Positions 1-36,247 of a DNA stretch of 64,000 bases are shown piece by piece. The translations under genes were made by a program, and so were the position numbers. Each line of letters begins with the position of its first letter. Positions within the stretch are counted from its first letter, which is position 1. The notes below the pieces were generated by a model, which saw nothing but the letters and a program-made list of their open reading frames with translations, ran no database searches and was not told where the DNA came from. The stretch is from Macrostomum lignano (taxonomy: Eukaryota): the NCBI GenBank assembly GCA_002269645.1, contig NIVC01001939.1, positions 82,029-146,028 of the forward strand, read 5' to 3'.

Positions 1-71
1 AGAGTGGGAGTTCGTGGCTTTCGTACTGGACCGCCTGTTTCTGTGGCTCTTCAGTCTGGCTGCAGCAATTG
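1..71 (+). CDS. Nicotinic acetylcholine receptor subunit, penultimate exon (M4 helix), truncated by the window edge
   Basis: Frame from nt 2 gives EWEFVAFVLDRLFLWLFSLAAAI, matching the nAChR pre-M4/M4 signature W.(F/Y)VA.VLDRLFLW.F. Donor G|GTGAGC at 72 (phase 1). Confidence 0.88.
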
Positions 72-361
72 GTGAGCTAGTTGGTAGGGAGAGCCGCTTT
101 TAGAACAGCAGGAGTTCTCGCGCCGCCCAATGGGTCTAGATAAAAAACTTTCATTCTGAGCCACGCAAAGCAGCTACTTGAGAATCGTTTGAGCGAATTA
201 TTGCTAATGAAAGCAATCGGCTGGAATGGTAGTATTATGCGAAAGCGAGTTTCTGGTCTTTTGTCTTACTGTCTTGTGGAATTTTTGGAATTTTTATTGC
301 ACTTTTAACTCTCGGGTTGCCATGTAGATATATGCATTATTTATTCTTAAAGTCGTGTGTC

Positions 362-575
362 AATCTCAAGGTTAAGTTTTCAAGGTCAAAGTCTCAGAGT
401 GAACTTTTCAAGGTCAAAGTCTCAAGGTCAAAGTCTCAAGATCAACTTTTCAAGGTCAAAGTCTCAAGGTAAACTTTTCAAGGTTAAATTCTAAAGGTAA
501 ACTTTTCAAGGTTAAAGTCTCAAGGTCAACTTTTCAGGGTCAAAGTCTCAAGGTCAACTTTTCAGGGTCAAAGTC
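362..575. repeat. ~14-bp degenerate tandem repeat (tcaaggtcaaagtc / tcaaggtcaacttt) in the nAChR last intron
   Basis: Period 14 is visible (e.g. 408 to 422); scattered copies continue to ~690. Confidence 0.85.
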
Positions 576-719
576 AAGTTTCCACTCTGAAGGTCACACG
601 CCAAATTAGCGTACCTCAATGTCACACTTTTTTAAATGTCTTATTCTCAAGGTCACGCCTTCAAGGTCACATGCTTCTTTCAGGGTCAATGTCTGCGCTC
701 TGCCCCTCCTCGCCCGCAG

Positions 720-859
720 GCGCCTTCGGGATTTTCATGCAGGCACCCAGTCTGCACGACAGCCACGACTCGTTGACTTCGCCGGCCACCGCCACCACCC
801 AGTCGCCTCTCCAGCCAGGCATCGAGAGACTGTGCCGCAGCAGCCTCATCATTGACTAG
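720..859 (+). CDS. Nicotinic acetylcholine receptor subunit, last coding exon
   Basis: Acceptor cccgcAG|GC at 719/720 matches the phase-1 donor at 72 and gives (G)AFGIFMQAPSLHDSHDS...SSLIID* (TAG 857-859). GI..QAPSL.D is typical of the post-M4 tail of invertebrate nAChRs. Alpha versus non-alpha cannot be determined here. Confidence 0.8.
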
Positions 860-1080
860 GCTATGAACAAAAACATTTACATGTAGCGAATAATATTGTT
901 ATATAACCGTACTTATTCTAGAACTAGTAACACTTCATATTGCTCATGTGTTTCAGTGTAGTAAAACTGTAATACAATCTTATCATTATTAGCACGCCTG
1001 CAGTAGATTCGTTTGCTTCCGTTAAAAGTAAATTTGATTTGGAATTAGAGGAAATGCCTTCTTCGGAACCCAAACCTTAT

Positions 1081-2940
1081 GTTGAGACCTTGAGTGGTAA
1101 ATACTAATCCTAGAAGATCTTAAGCGGGAATCCTAACCTTATATAGAGACCTATAGAGAGTGGGGAATTCCAATCCGATACAGTGACCTTGAGTGGGGAA
1201 TCCCAATCCTATAGAGACCTTGAGTGGAAAATCTCAATACTATAGAGACATTGAGTGGGGAATCCCAATTCCATACAGAGACTTTAAGTAGGGATTCCCC
1301 ATTCCATACAGAGATCTTTAGTGGGGAATCCCAATTCGATACAGAGACCTTGAGTGGGGAATCCCAATCCTATAGAGACCTTGAGTGGAAAATCCCAATA
1401 CTATAGAGACATTGAGTGGGAAATCCCAATTCCATACAGAGACTTTAAGTAGGGATTCCCCATTCCATACAGAGATATTTAGTGGGGAATCCCAATTCCA
1501 TACAGAGACCTTGAGTGGGGAATCCCTATTCCATACAGAACCCTTGAGTGGGAAATCCCAATTCCATACAGAGACCTTGAGTGGAAAATCCCAATTCCAT
1601 ACAGAGACCTTGAGTGGAGAATCCCAATTCCATACAGAGACCTTGAGTGGGGAATCCCAATTCCATACAGAGACCTTGAGTGGAGAATCCAAATTCCATA
1701 CAGAGACCTTGAGTGGAAAATCCCAATTCCATACAGAGACCTTGAGTGGAGAATCCCAATTCCATACAGAGACCTTGAGTGGAGAATCCCAATTCCATAC
1801 AGAGACCTTGAGTGGGGAATCCCAATTCCATACAGAGACCTTGAGTGGAGAATCCAAATTCCATACAGAGACCTTGAGTGGAGAATCCCAATTCCATACA
1901 GAGACCTTGAGTGAAGAATCCCAATTCCATACAGAAACCTTGAGTGGAGAATCCCAATTCCATACAGAGACCTTGAGTGGGGAATCCCAATTCCATACAG
2001 AGACCTTGAGTGGAGAATCCAAATTCCATACAGAGACCTTGAGTGGAAAATCCCAATTCCATACAGAGACCTTGAGTGGGGAATCCCAATTCCATACAGA
2101 GACCTTGAGTGGGGAATCCCAATTCCATACAGAGACCTTGAGTGGGGAATCCCTATTCCATACAGAACCCTTGAGTGGGAAATCCCAATTCCATACAGAG
2201 ACCTTGAGTGGGGAATCCCTATTCCATACAGAACTCTTGAGTGGGAAATCCCAATTCCATACAGAGACCTTGAGTGGAGAATCCCAATTCCATACAGAGA
2301 CCTTGAGTGGAGAATCCCAATTCCATACAGAGACCTTGAGTGGGGAATCCCAATTCCATACAGAGACCTTGAGTGGAGAATCCAAATTCCATACAGAGAC
2401 CTTGAGTGGGGAATCCCTATTCCATACAGAACCCTTTAGTGGGAAATCCCAATTCCATACAGAGACCTTGAGTGGGGAATCCCTATTCCATACAGAACTC
2501 TTGAGTGGGAAATCCCAATTCCATACAGAGACCTTGAGTGGGGAATCCCTATTCCATACAGAACTCTTGAGTGGGAAATCCAATTCCATACAGAGACCTT
2601 GAGTGGAGAATCCCAATTCCATACAGAGACCTTGAGTGGAGAATCCCAATTCCATACAGAGACCTTGAGTGGGGAATCCCAATTCCATACAGAGACCTTG
2701 AGTGGGGAATCCCTATTCCATACAGAACCCTTGAGTGGGAAATCCCAATTCCATACAGAGACCTTGAGTGGAGAATCCCAATTCCATACAGAGACCTTGA
2801 GTGGGAAATCCCAATTCCATACAGAACCCTTGAGTGGGAAATCCCAATTCCATACAGAGACCTTGAGTGGAGAATCCCAATTCATACAGAGACCTTGAGT
2901 ATGGAATCCCAATCCTATAGAGACCTTGAGTGGGGAATTT
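1081..2940. repeat. 33-bp minisatellite (ccatacagagaccttgagtggggaatcccaatt)
   Basis: About 55 copies with degenerate ends; explains the HTETLSGESQF repeat ORFs. Confidence 0.97.
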
Positions 2941-3654
2941 CAACTTATGTATAGATATTAAATTCATTTTAAAATTGAAAAAAACAATATACAAATGCTA
3001 TCAATTCTGAGGAGGATTCTCAAGACTGTAGAGTCCAGCAAATATACACAACAGCTGAGAACTCACTGCACGCACAACAGGGATTTCACTTGCTGCTCCC
3101 ATCCTCGCTGTCGCTCTGCTCTGCCAGCGGAGCTGTTCGCGGTTTGCGTGAGAAACTGGGGGGGGGGATTTCGTGCGTACCGACGATGCCGCAAAGTAGC
3201 AATTGGAATGCATTCAGCATCCTCACCTGGGATTTCTGAGTGCTTTTTAACTCCCGGCTTTATCGTAATAAGGGAGATTTTATGATGTGTAGCAAGGCGC
3301 GGTTTTCCTACCTGCTCTGTGGGAATAAATATACGAGGACAAAAGTTGTAGCAGATGTTTGAGAGCAATTAGCTCAAGTGCGAAATTCTGTACAAAACTG
3401 GTTCGGAACTCTCAGGTGCACTTGATGACAACCTTAGAAAGATTTGAGCAGTAATGCACCTGGCATCTAACAGCTGTCACTGCAGGCATCTTATTGTAGA
3501 TCTTTGCTAACTTCAATTCTACTATCTCATAATATCTAACTCGAATGTCGTGATTGTGGAACATTTTTCACCTCAATTACCAATGTCTTCTACTCCCATT
3601 GGGCGGACTTGGCTTGTTGTATTCAACCAAGAAGCTGTTATTATCTGCTCTAAT

Positions 3655-4083
3655 CTGATGATTATCCACTCCAGTCTGATGATTATCCACTCCATTCTGA
3701 TGATTATCCACTCCAGTCTGATGATTATCCACTCCAGTCTGATGATTATCCACTCCAATCTGATGATTATCCACTCCAATCTGATGATTATCCACTCCAA
3801 TTTGATGATTATCCACTCCAGTCTGATGATTATCCACTCCAGTCTGATGATTATCCACTCTAGTCTGATGATTATCCACTCTAGTCTGATGATTATCCAC
3901 TCTAGTCTGATGATTATCCACTCTAGTCTGATGATTATCCACTCCAATTTGATGATTATTCACTCCAATCTGATGATTATCCACTCCAATTTGATGATTA
4001 TCCACTCCAATCTGATGATTATCCACTCCAATTTGATGATTATCCACTCCAGTCTGATGATTATCCACTCCAATTTGATGATT
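3655..4083. repeat. 21-bp minisatellite (ctgatgattatccactccagt)
   Basis: About 20 tandem copies (LMIIHSS repeat ORFs). Confidence 0.97.
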
Positions 4084-4087
4084 AGTT

Positions 4088-4410
4088 TGTCTATCTGTTA
4101 GACATTAACTGTTAGATATACGTCTATCTGTTAGACACCTATCTGTTAGATATACACTCATCTGTAGACATCTATCAGTTAGAAATACACCTATCTGTTA
4201 TACATGTATCTGTTGGATATACACCTATCTGTTAGACAACTTTCTGTTAGATATACACCCATCTGTTAGACAACTTTCTGTTAGATATACACCTATCTGT
4301 TAGACAACTTTCTGTTAGATATACACCCATCTATTAGACATCTATCTGTTGGATATACACCTATCTGTTAGACAACTTTCTGTTAGATATACACCCATCT
4401 GTTAGACAAC
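4088..4410. repeat. 34-bp composite minisatellite (tatacacctatctgttagacaactttctgttaga)
   Basis: Period 34 (4218 to 4252), built from two tctgttaga-containing subunits. Confidence 0.85.
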
Positions 4411-5163
4411 TACCCAGCTGTTCAGCACTGGATAAAATAATTAACAAACAGTTTGAGCCGAACGTGGTTCGTCACAGGTTTTTTTATTACTAATACTAAC
4501 AATCGTAGTTCAATAATACATCTGACACGAACTGCATAAAAAGTAGATTATTAGATCTACTCAAAGTATATTTAATAGAATTCCAGCAAGTGCTCTGAGA
4601 GTAGCTATGTAAAGTATATAATATAATATAGTAATCGGTGTTAAGCAGGTGTCAAATTTGCAAGACAATAAAAGTACATTCTGTCAAATAACAGAGAGAA
4701 TAAGCCGAAGCACAAACATTAATATATAATATGCATATTAGAATTATATACGCCAGCCAGACACACAGAGTGCACAGTAAATATATATATGCATATAAAA
4801 TCATATCCTTCGAGCATTAAATCCGATAAATAAAAGCAACAATAGCAACAACAGCAATAACAAAAACATTTTTTTTATTTCTTGGAGTAGGCAGTGGAGA
4901 AGCTGGGGCATGCGAGACAAGCTGCTTTTAATACTTAAGTAGCCTTAGTACTACTTCAGAGTAGTATATATATATATATGAATAGGTATAACAAGTTTCT
5001 TCTTTCATTTTTATCAATAATACTGTGAATCTTGCTTTTGAACTCAATAAAGACTTGGTTGAGCTGGGCCTGGAGAGACCATGGGAACTCTGGAGGGCTT
5101 TCATTTTATCGAAGACTAAGGCTAAACAGATCAGCCGAGAATGGATGCCCGAGAATGAGAAGA

Positions 5164-5585
<422 letters not shown>

Positions 5586-6411
5586 GTAAAGCAGGCTTCT
5601 GGGTCCCCATTTCAATACTTACCCATTAGAAGGGCAGCCAACTGTACTGATTCCTTTCTTGCTGAGTGATGAGTGCAGCAACACAGAAAACCAAAGCAAG
5701 CAATTGGCGTCACAACAAACCAATATTTAACGAACACAATTGTAGACCTTATAATATTATAATCAGATACTCAATAAATATTATTGATGCTCATAAACTA
5801 GGGGACACACCGAGATTGCGAATTATGTACATCGAATCCAGGTGAAAATAATTGTTTAAATAATTTAGTGTGCATTTCAATTACGATTATGAAGGCGCAG
5901 GAGATTGCATGGCTGTAATAACAATAATTATCATAATTAACTCACTGATCACTGCTCATAATTATTATAAACAGACAGTCGGTCATTCAATGCAAATAAT
6001 AAAATATGAAGGAAAACAGGGACATGCTAGTTATGCATTAATATATATAGAGATACTAAAAATTACTGCTATCTATCTTCCTATGTGACTACTTGTACAA
6101 ACACTATCCAAGTAGTATAATACGGATTTTGAATCTCCTTGAAAATATAAAACACACAAGAGAAGCTCTTCAGAAAAAAAAGATTTCGCTTAATAATAGA
6201 TAATCATTTCGGTACACAGCTGAAAATCTGCGCATGCAAATAACCTGTGATAAATAGTTATTGTTGAACAAGCAAGTTCATTGCGACATTGGCATTTTGT
6301 AACTAGCTGTGGGAGACCAAGAGAGTTTCCGGATTCCAGAGAGTAGCCGGGAACGAGCTAAAGATCTGGCAAATAAAGATTTAACAAAACAATTCAGACT
6401 TGTTCGCGCTG

Positions 6412-6462
6412 CTAGGATGCGGCTGATGGCGTTGCACTGGCGGCGCTGCCCGCTGCCGGCCT
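6412..6462 (-). CDS. Candidate alternative last exon of the GRK gene (RPAAGSAASATPSAAS*)
   Basis: GC-rich island with a pyrimidine-rich acceptor ctccccgattttgcAG|AGG. Phase 0, compatible with the donor at 10444; TAG at 6414-6412. No homology support, so inferred from splice signals only. Confidence 0.4.
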   Translation of the reverse strand, partial: RPAAGSAASATPSAAS

Positions 6463-6640
6463 CTGCAAAATCGGGGAGCGGAGGGCACGGCTGATGCTGA
6501 AGCCTTTGAATTTTAATGATTTGCTAGCATTTCATGCACGCTTAAAGCTGGGAAATATTGATTCTGATAGCCAGTTAGCTGAAGATGGAATTATGGATTG
6601 CTAGTCTACAATGAATGTACTGTATGAATGAATAGTGGAT

Positions 6641-7420
6641 TGCTAATCTAGCCTGCATCAATGAAGGAATAGAATGGATTGCTAATCTAGCCTGCATCAA
6701 TGAAGGAATAGAATGGATTGCTAATCTAGCCTGCATCAATGAAGGAATAGAATGGATTGCTAATCTAGCCTACATCAATGAAGGAATAGAATGGATGGCT
6801 AATCTAGCCTACATCAATAAAGGAATAGAATGGATCGCTAATCTAGCCTGCATCAATGAAGGAATAGAATGGATTGCTAATCTAGCCTACATCAATAAAG
6901 GAATAGAATGGATTGCTAATCTAGCCTACATCAATAAAGGAATAGAATGGATTGCTAATCTAGCCTACATCAATGAAGGAACAGAATGGATTGCTAATCT
7001 AGCCTAAATCAATAAAGGAATAGAATGGATTGCTAATCTAGCCTACATCAGAAAGAACAGAATGGATTGCTAATCTAGCCTACATCAATAAAGGAATAGA
7101 ATGGATTGCTAATCTAGCCTACATCAATGAAGGAAAAGAATGGATTGCTAATCTAGCCTAAATCAATAAAGGAATAGAATGGATTGCTAATCTAGCCTAC
7201 ATCAATGAAGGAATAGAATGGATTGCTAATCTAGCCTACATCAATAAAGGAATAGAATGGATTGCTAATCTAGCCTACATCAATGAAGGAATAGAATGGA
7301 TTGCTAATCTAGCCTACATCAGAAAGAACAGAATGGATTGCTAATCTAGCCTACATCAGAAAGAACAGAATGGATTGCTAATCTAGCCTACATCAGAAAG
7401 AACAGAATGGATTGCCAATC
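6641..7420. repeat. 39-bp minisatellite (gaatggattgctaatctagcctacatcaataaaggaata)
   Basis: About 19 copies; related to the reverse complement of the 40-bp array at 52.7-56 kb. Confidence 0.96.
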
Positions 7421-7751
7421 AAACTGGTGGATGAATTAATAGACTTGAAAAATTTTCGGTAAATTTACATTAAAATCATAACATTCTACATTAGTGAATC
7501 CACAGTAAAGCATCTTGCAATTTGCACCCTGGAAAGTATCTGAGCCTCAACACTGATTGACAACAGAAAATTGGTGTATAAATAAACTCGTCACTCCTTC
7601 TTCACGACAGCGCGATTTAACAAAAATGATCCATATGCATGCGCTTGGGCTACTGGCAGTAGTTTTATAGACTATTTTCTGATAATTAAATTTTATTGGA
7701 TGAATACTTCTAAAAAGAAACCCCAGTAACACTTTCTGAATTTTTTTGAAA

Positions 7752-8966
7752 ACTGGGGGAATTCGGGATTCGATAATCAGGGAACTGGGAGAATTCGGGA
7801 TTCGATAAATCAGGGATCTGGAAGAATTCGGGATTCGATAATCAGGGAACTGGGAGAATTCGGGATTCGATAATCAGGGAACTGGGAGAATTCGGAATTC
7901 GATAATCAGGGAACTGGGAGACTTCGGGATTCGATAATCAGGGATCTGGGAGAATTCGGGATTCGATAATCAGGGAACTGGGAGAATTTGGGATTCGATA
8001 ATCAGGGAACTGGGAGAATTCGGGATTCGATAAATCAGGGATCTGGGAGAATTCGGGATTCGATAATCAGGGAACTGGGAGAATTTGGGATTCGATAATC
8101 AGGGAACTGGGAGAATTCGGGATTCGATAATCAGGGAACTGAAGAATTCGGGATTCGATAAATCAGGGATCTGGGAGAATTCGGGATTCGATAATCAGGG
8201 AACTGGGAGAATTTGGGATTCGATAATCAGGGAACTGGGAGAATTCGGGATTCGATAATCAGGGAACTGAAGAATTCGGGATTCGATAATCAGGGAAATG
8301 GGAGAATTCGGGATTCGATAAATCAGGGAACTGGGAGAATTCGGGATTCGATAATCAGGGAACTGGGAGAATTCGGGATTCGATAATCAGGGAACTGGGA
8401 GAATTCGGGATTTGATAAATCAGGGAACTGGGAGAATTCAGGATTCGATAATCAGGGATCTGCGAAAATTTGGTATTCGATAATCAGGGAACTGGGAGAA
8501 TTCGGGATTCGATAATCAGGGAACTGGGAGACTTCGGGATTCGATAATCAGGGAACTGGGAGAATTCGGGATTTGATAAATCAGGGAACTGGGAGAATTC
8601 AGGATTCGATAATCAGGGATCTGCGAAAATTTGGTATTCGATAATCAGGGAACTGGGAGAATTCGGGATTCGATAATCAGGGAACTGGGAGACTTCGGGA
8701 TTCGATAATCAGGGAACTGGGAGAATTCGGGATTCGATAATCAGGGAACTGAAGAATTCGGGATTCGATAATCAGGGAAATGGGAGAATTCGGGATTCGA
8801 TAAATCAGGGAACTGGGAGAATTCGGGATTCGATAATCAGGGAACTGGGAGAATTCGGGATTCGATAATCAGGGAACTGGAGAATTCGGGATTCGATAAT
8901 CAGGGAACTGGGAGAATTCGGGATTCGATAATCAGGGAACTGGGAGAATTCGGGATTCGATAATCA
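7752..8966. repeat. 32-bp minisatellite (gggaactgggagaattcgggattcgataatca)
   Basis: About 37 copies; includes a 161-bp block duplication (variant tgcgaaaatttggtatt at 8461 and 8622). Confidence 0.97.
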
Positions 8967-9375
8967 TTGGAGTGAATAACACAGGGTTGCCATAGTTACA
9001 ACAAACTAGCCAGAACAAAAGCAATTTCCAGAGCAGATATGCCAAAGCATAAACAAAATTGGATTATTATCTCGGATAAAGTGCACACAACAGATAAGCT
9101 CCCGATTAATGCTAATAATACCGCATATACAAGGTGGAAAATCAAGAGACACGGGCCCTAACACAGATATACAGGTTAATAAATTTGAATTGGCCTGCCA
9201 TTGCAGACACTTACGCTTGCACTTGTCTTGCTGTTGTATGCAGTCGCAGTCATAATAAAGATTTCAATAAACTACTGGATTATAAGACAGACAGACAGAT
9301 TACTCATTGAAGACGGAGAGAGAGAGAAAGAGAGAGAGTTGTCGGACTCAAGTAGTAGGATTTCCGATTTTTATT

Positions 9376-32375
<23,000 letters not shown>

Positions 32376-33311
32376 ATTATATCATGAGAAATTAAATTTG
32401 GTCTTTCTTAATTACTATCAGTTTTTATTCATAATCACTTTAAAAACTTTTAACTGGAAAGTGCAGTAGTTAATTTTCTAATGCGCTTAGAAAATTGTAG
32501 AAAAGGAAAAGGGATCAACAAGTCGTCATTGACATGCGCAAAGCACACTTAAACTGATTTTTAAACTTTATGAAAATAAAATTGCCAAGTTTCGGCTTAA
32601 GCAATATTCGGGATGGAGACAGATGGTCGGTTTATACAGCAAAATAAATAATATGCCCTTTAATGTCACTATTCTGTGAAAATCGGTCCGAGATGTAGCC
32701 CTGGTTCTAAGAAAAAACTTTTTAAAGTCTTGTGAGTTTCACTGTATAAGAAGTAAAACAATTTTTATTAGGAAAAGCAATAAAAACAAAATAAAGTTTT
32801 GTAACTTAGAAGTTTGGTTTTTATTTATAAAATTTTTATCACTTTTAACATAATTTTGATCATTTTCTGTTTAGATTTTACGTCGAACTTTTGTAAGGCT
32901 GCGTAGCGTAGCGTACTAAAGATTCGCACGTCAATAATCGAAAGAGGCACAGAAATAAATATTAGTCTCAGTTTCTTCCTTGTTTGCATTTTTCGTTCTA
33001 AATATTGTTATGGACAACCTTTTGGGTACGGTGTTGTAAACGACTTTTTCATGGGGTATGAAGCACAAAAGAGCAACACCGTATTTAGCCTGTAAAGTAC
33101 GTATGCAGTGGACTAGGCCTACGTGCTACAGACTGCAATCCCTGGCCCCTTATTCTGTGGATAAAGGCTGGTGGGAGATCTGCATGCATCCTCTATTTTC
33201 CTCCTGGAAGCTGCAGAGATACGGGCCCCAAGCTATCCGTTTCGTAAGCCCATTAGAGGCAGGTACACATGTTTCCTGCAAAATTTCAAGGCAGATTCTA
33301 AGGCGGATAGA

Positions 33312-33880
33312 TACGAGGGCTGAGCATTAAATTTCCGGATGTGCCCAGACAGAAATAGTTAGAGAAAAAAAAAACAGTTATATCTTTTCAAAGTACTCTC
33401 CAGCAGATTCGATGCAAATTTTCATGCGCTCAAACCACTTGCTGATCGAAGCAGCTGGACCAATCTGAAGCAGGCACCTCCTCCACATGCCGGATGAAGG
33501 CCTCCACTGCAGCTTCTGGTGATCCATAGCGGATTCCACGCATCCTGCGCTTGATTTGTGGAAACACAAAAAGTCGCAGGGGGCAGGGTCGGGGCTGTAG
33601 CTCTTGAATGCGCTCTCCGGCCAGGAACTCCGCCACCTGTCGAGCCTTGTGGGCCGGGGCGTTGTCGTGATGGAGAAGGATGCCCCAAGCTCGAGTCCTT
33701 GGGCGACGCCTGGAGAGAGCGCTCAGCACTTCTGGCAGGCAAACGTTGGCGTACCAGTCACCGGTGACTGTGCGCTGCTGCACGAATGGAACTGTGGCCA
33801 GATGACCAGTTTTCGGATCCATCCAGTGGCTCCGGCCGAATTTTCGTATACATACAGCAATTGTCTGCACTGTACTGCTC
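33312..33880 (-). mobile_element. Mariner (Tc1/mariner, DD34D-type) transposon remnant, 5'-truncated and frameshifted
   Basis: HDNAPAH motif, YSPD(P)APCDF in a shifted frame, C-terminal WFERMKICIESAGEYFEK* (33378). TA plus TIR-like CGAGGGCTGAGCATTAAATTTCCGG at 33312. The second TIR was not found. Confidence 0.9.
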
Positions 33881-34899
33881 AACTCACCAATTCTAATTTC
33901 TATATAAAGGTGTTCTCCACGCTGATGAGCTGGAAGGCCGGGAAGTGCATGTACATGCAGTTTGGTCGATAGTGGTTCCGCTCCTGGTGTCAGGCCAGCC
34001 TTGAGGGCCTACTTCCCGGTCAGGTGGAGTGGCAGAGTAGGTACGCGCCCTTTTGTGGGCTACTAGCCCATCAAACTTTATTTATAACCTCGAGCCGCGC
34101 GACTGTAAATAAGCCTTTTCAACCTAGAGACTTAAGGATGGAGAAGTTTGTTCTGTCTGAAAATAAATCTACAGCATTATTGCGTATCTGCATCAATAAA
34201 TCTGATAAAATGGCCGATATGTACTCATCCTGATCCAGGAAACCCTGGATGCACAACAGTAAGTTGCAGCTAACATTCTTTCTTTCTAAAAAGTACTATT
34301 TCTTTTTTTTGTAAAAATCGTGCATTTACGCCATGTTAATTTCCGATCACTTCTCGCATCACATCCATGGTGGTAAAACCGTATGATTCTACGTAACGAG
34401 GCTCAGAAGTAGAAATATACGAGCTAGTCGCTTGAGAATTACTTGAAGTATGATTACGCAATCACAGTTCGGGCCAAATATCATCATTATGTTTTCGCCC
34501 CGCTAACTTGCCAGCACGCGCTCTGGGAGGCGCAAATTCCAGCTTCTCCCAATGGGTGGGGGGTTGCGGCGGCGAGGTACAGCGTGATTAACAAAGCTGT
34601 TTCGCGACTTGCCCGCCTGTCCATCAAGGCTTCTGGCCAGCTCTTCAACTGAGCCACAATTTTATGACGGCTGTCTCATTATTCTTCATCGCTTTACTGT
34701 GCTCTCTCTCCAGCCTCCTCCGACTCATTATTAATTTTTTCAAATACACGGACTTGCCGAGACTGCGCCGCAGTAATTACTGAACCTGGCGGCGCATTAC
34801 TCATCCAGCGTATAATGAGCATTGAGCATCGACTGCCACGTAAGCTGCAGGCTTTCGTGCTTAGGTGTTGACTAGCTCAATCGTATCCTGTTCAAATTC

Positions 34900-35705
34900 A
34901 CAGATTCTCATGCAGATCCCAGTTATATCCTATCTCATCTTAGAGCTACAATCTCAGTCTCCGACTGTCAGCCTCACCCTCATATCGTCATTCTCATACT
35001 TAGATTTTTCAATTTCACCCTCATATCGTCAATCTCACTCTCAAATCGTCAATCTTATTCTCAGATCCTCAATCTCACTCTTAGATCTTCAATCTCACTC
35101 TCAGAACATCAGTCTCACTCTTAGACCGTCAATATCACTCTCAGATCATAAATCTCACTTTCAAAACCTCAATCTCATTCTTAGATCATCAATCTTACTC
35201 TGAAACCGTTAATCTCACTCTCAGATGTCAATCTCACTCTCAGAACGTCAATCTCACTCTCAGAACGTCAATCTCACTCTCAGAACGTCAATCTCATTCT
35301 TAGATCATAAATCTCACTCTCAGACAGAAAATCTCACTCTCAGATCTTCAATCTCACTCTCAGATCTTCAATCTCACTCTCAGATCTTCAATTTCACTCT
35401 CAGATCATCAATCTAACTCTCATATCGTCAGTCTCATTCTTAGATCATCAATCTTACTCATAGATCGTCAATCTCACTCTCAAATCGTCAATCTCACTCG
35501 CATATCGTCAATCTCACTCTTAGATCTAACTCTAACTTTCAGATCGTCAATCTCACTCTCGGAGGATTGTCAATCTCACTATCAGATCATCAAGCTCACT
35601 CTCAGATCATCAATCTCACTCTTAAATCGTCAATCTCACTCAGATTATCAATTTCACTCTCATATCGTCATCTCGCTCTTCGACTGTTAATCGCACTCTC
35701 AGATT
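34900..35705. repeat. Degenerate 20-bp minisatellite (aatctcactctcagaacgtc)
   Basis: Period 20 visible at 35221-35420; old and diverged. Confidence 0.9.
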
Positions 35706-36247
35706 CTGAATCTTATTGTCAGCGTCCAATCATGCAGATAAGGTACGCAACCTATTCACTCCTATTCCTTTTCTAAGTTGCAATAACGACTACTCACAAC
35801 TTTTTATACTACTAAAAACATAGCTTCTTAGTAATATAAAGCAAGTAATCTGCTATTGCCTAGTAGACGAAATGCAGGCTGACCCCTGATTCGCAGCCGG
35901 GCAATTCTGCATCAGCCAATCCGAGACGTCCCAACAATCGAGATGGTGGCAGCCACCAACTGATTCGGGATTTAATGTTCCAATGTTGTTGCTAGCTCGC
36001 TTTTCTCTCCCAGTATCTTCTTGACTGTCGAGTTGTTTGGTTGAGCAATTTGAAACTGGATTAGTAAGACAAAAAAAACTTGTGAAGCAAAACGTGGCAG
36101 AGTCTTCAGGTGAATATCAATATAAACGAGCGTAAGAGGTGAGTATTACTGAGTACAGAGAACAGTATGTGAAATCGTGCACTAAATTTCTTTTCTTTTA
36201 TTTTGCCTTTTGCTTTGAAATTCCAGAAGTTTTTAAGTCTTTTCCTC

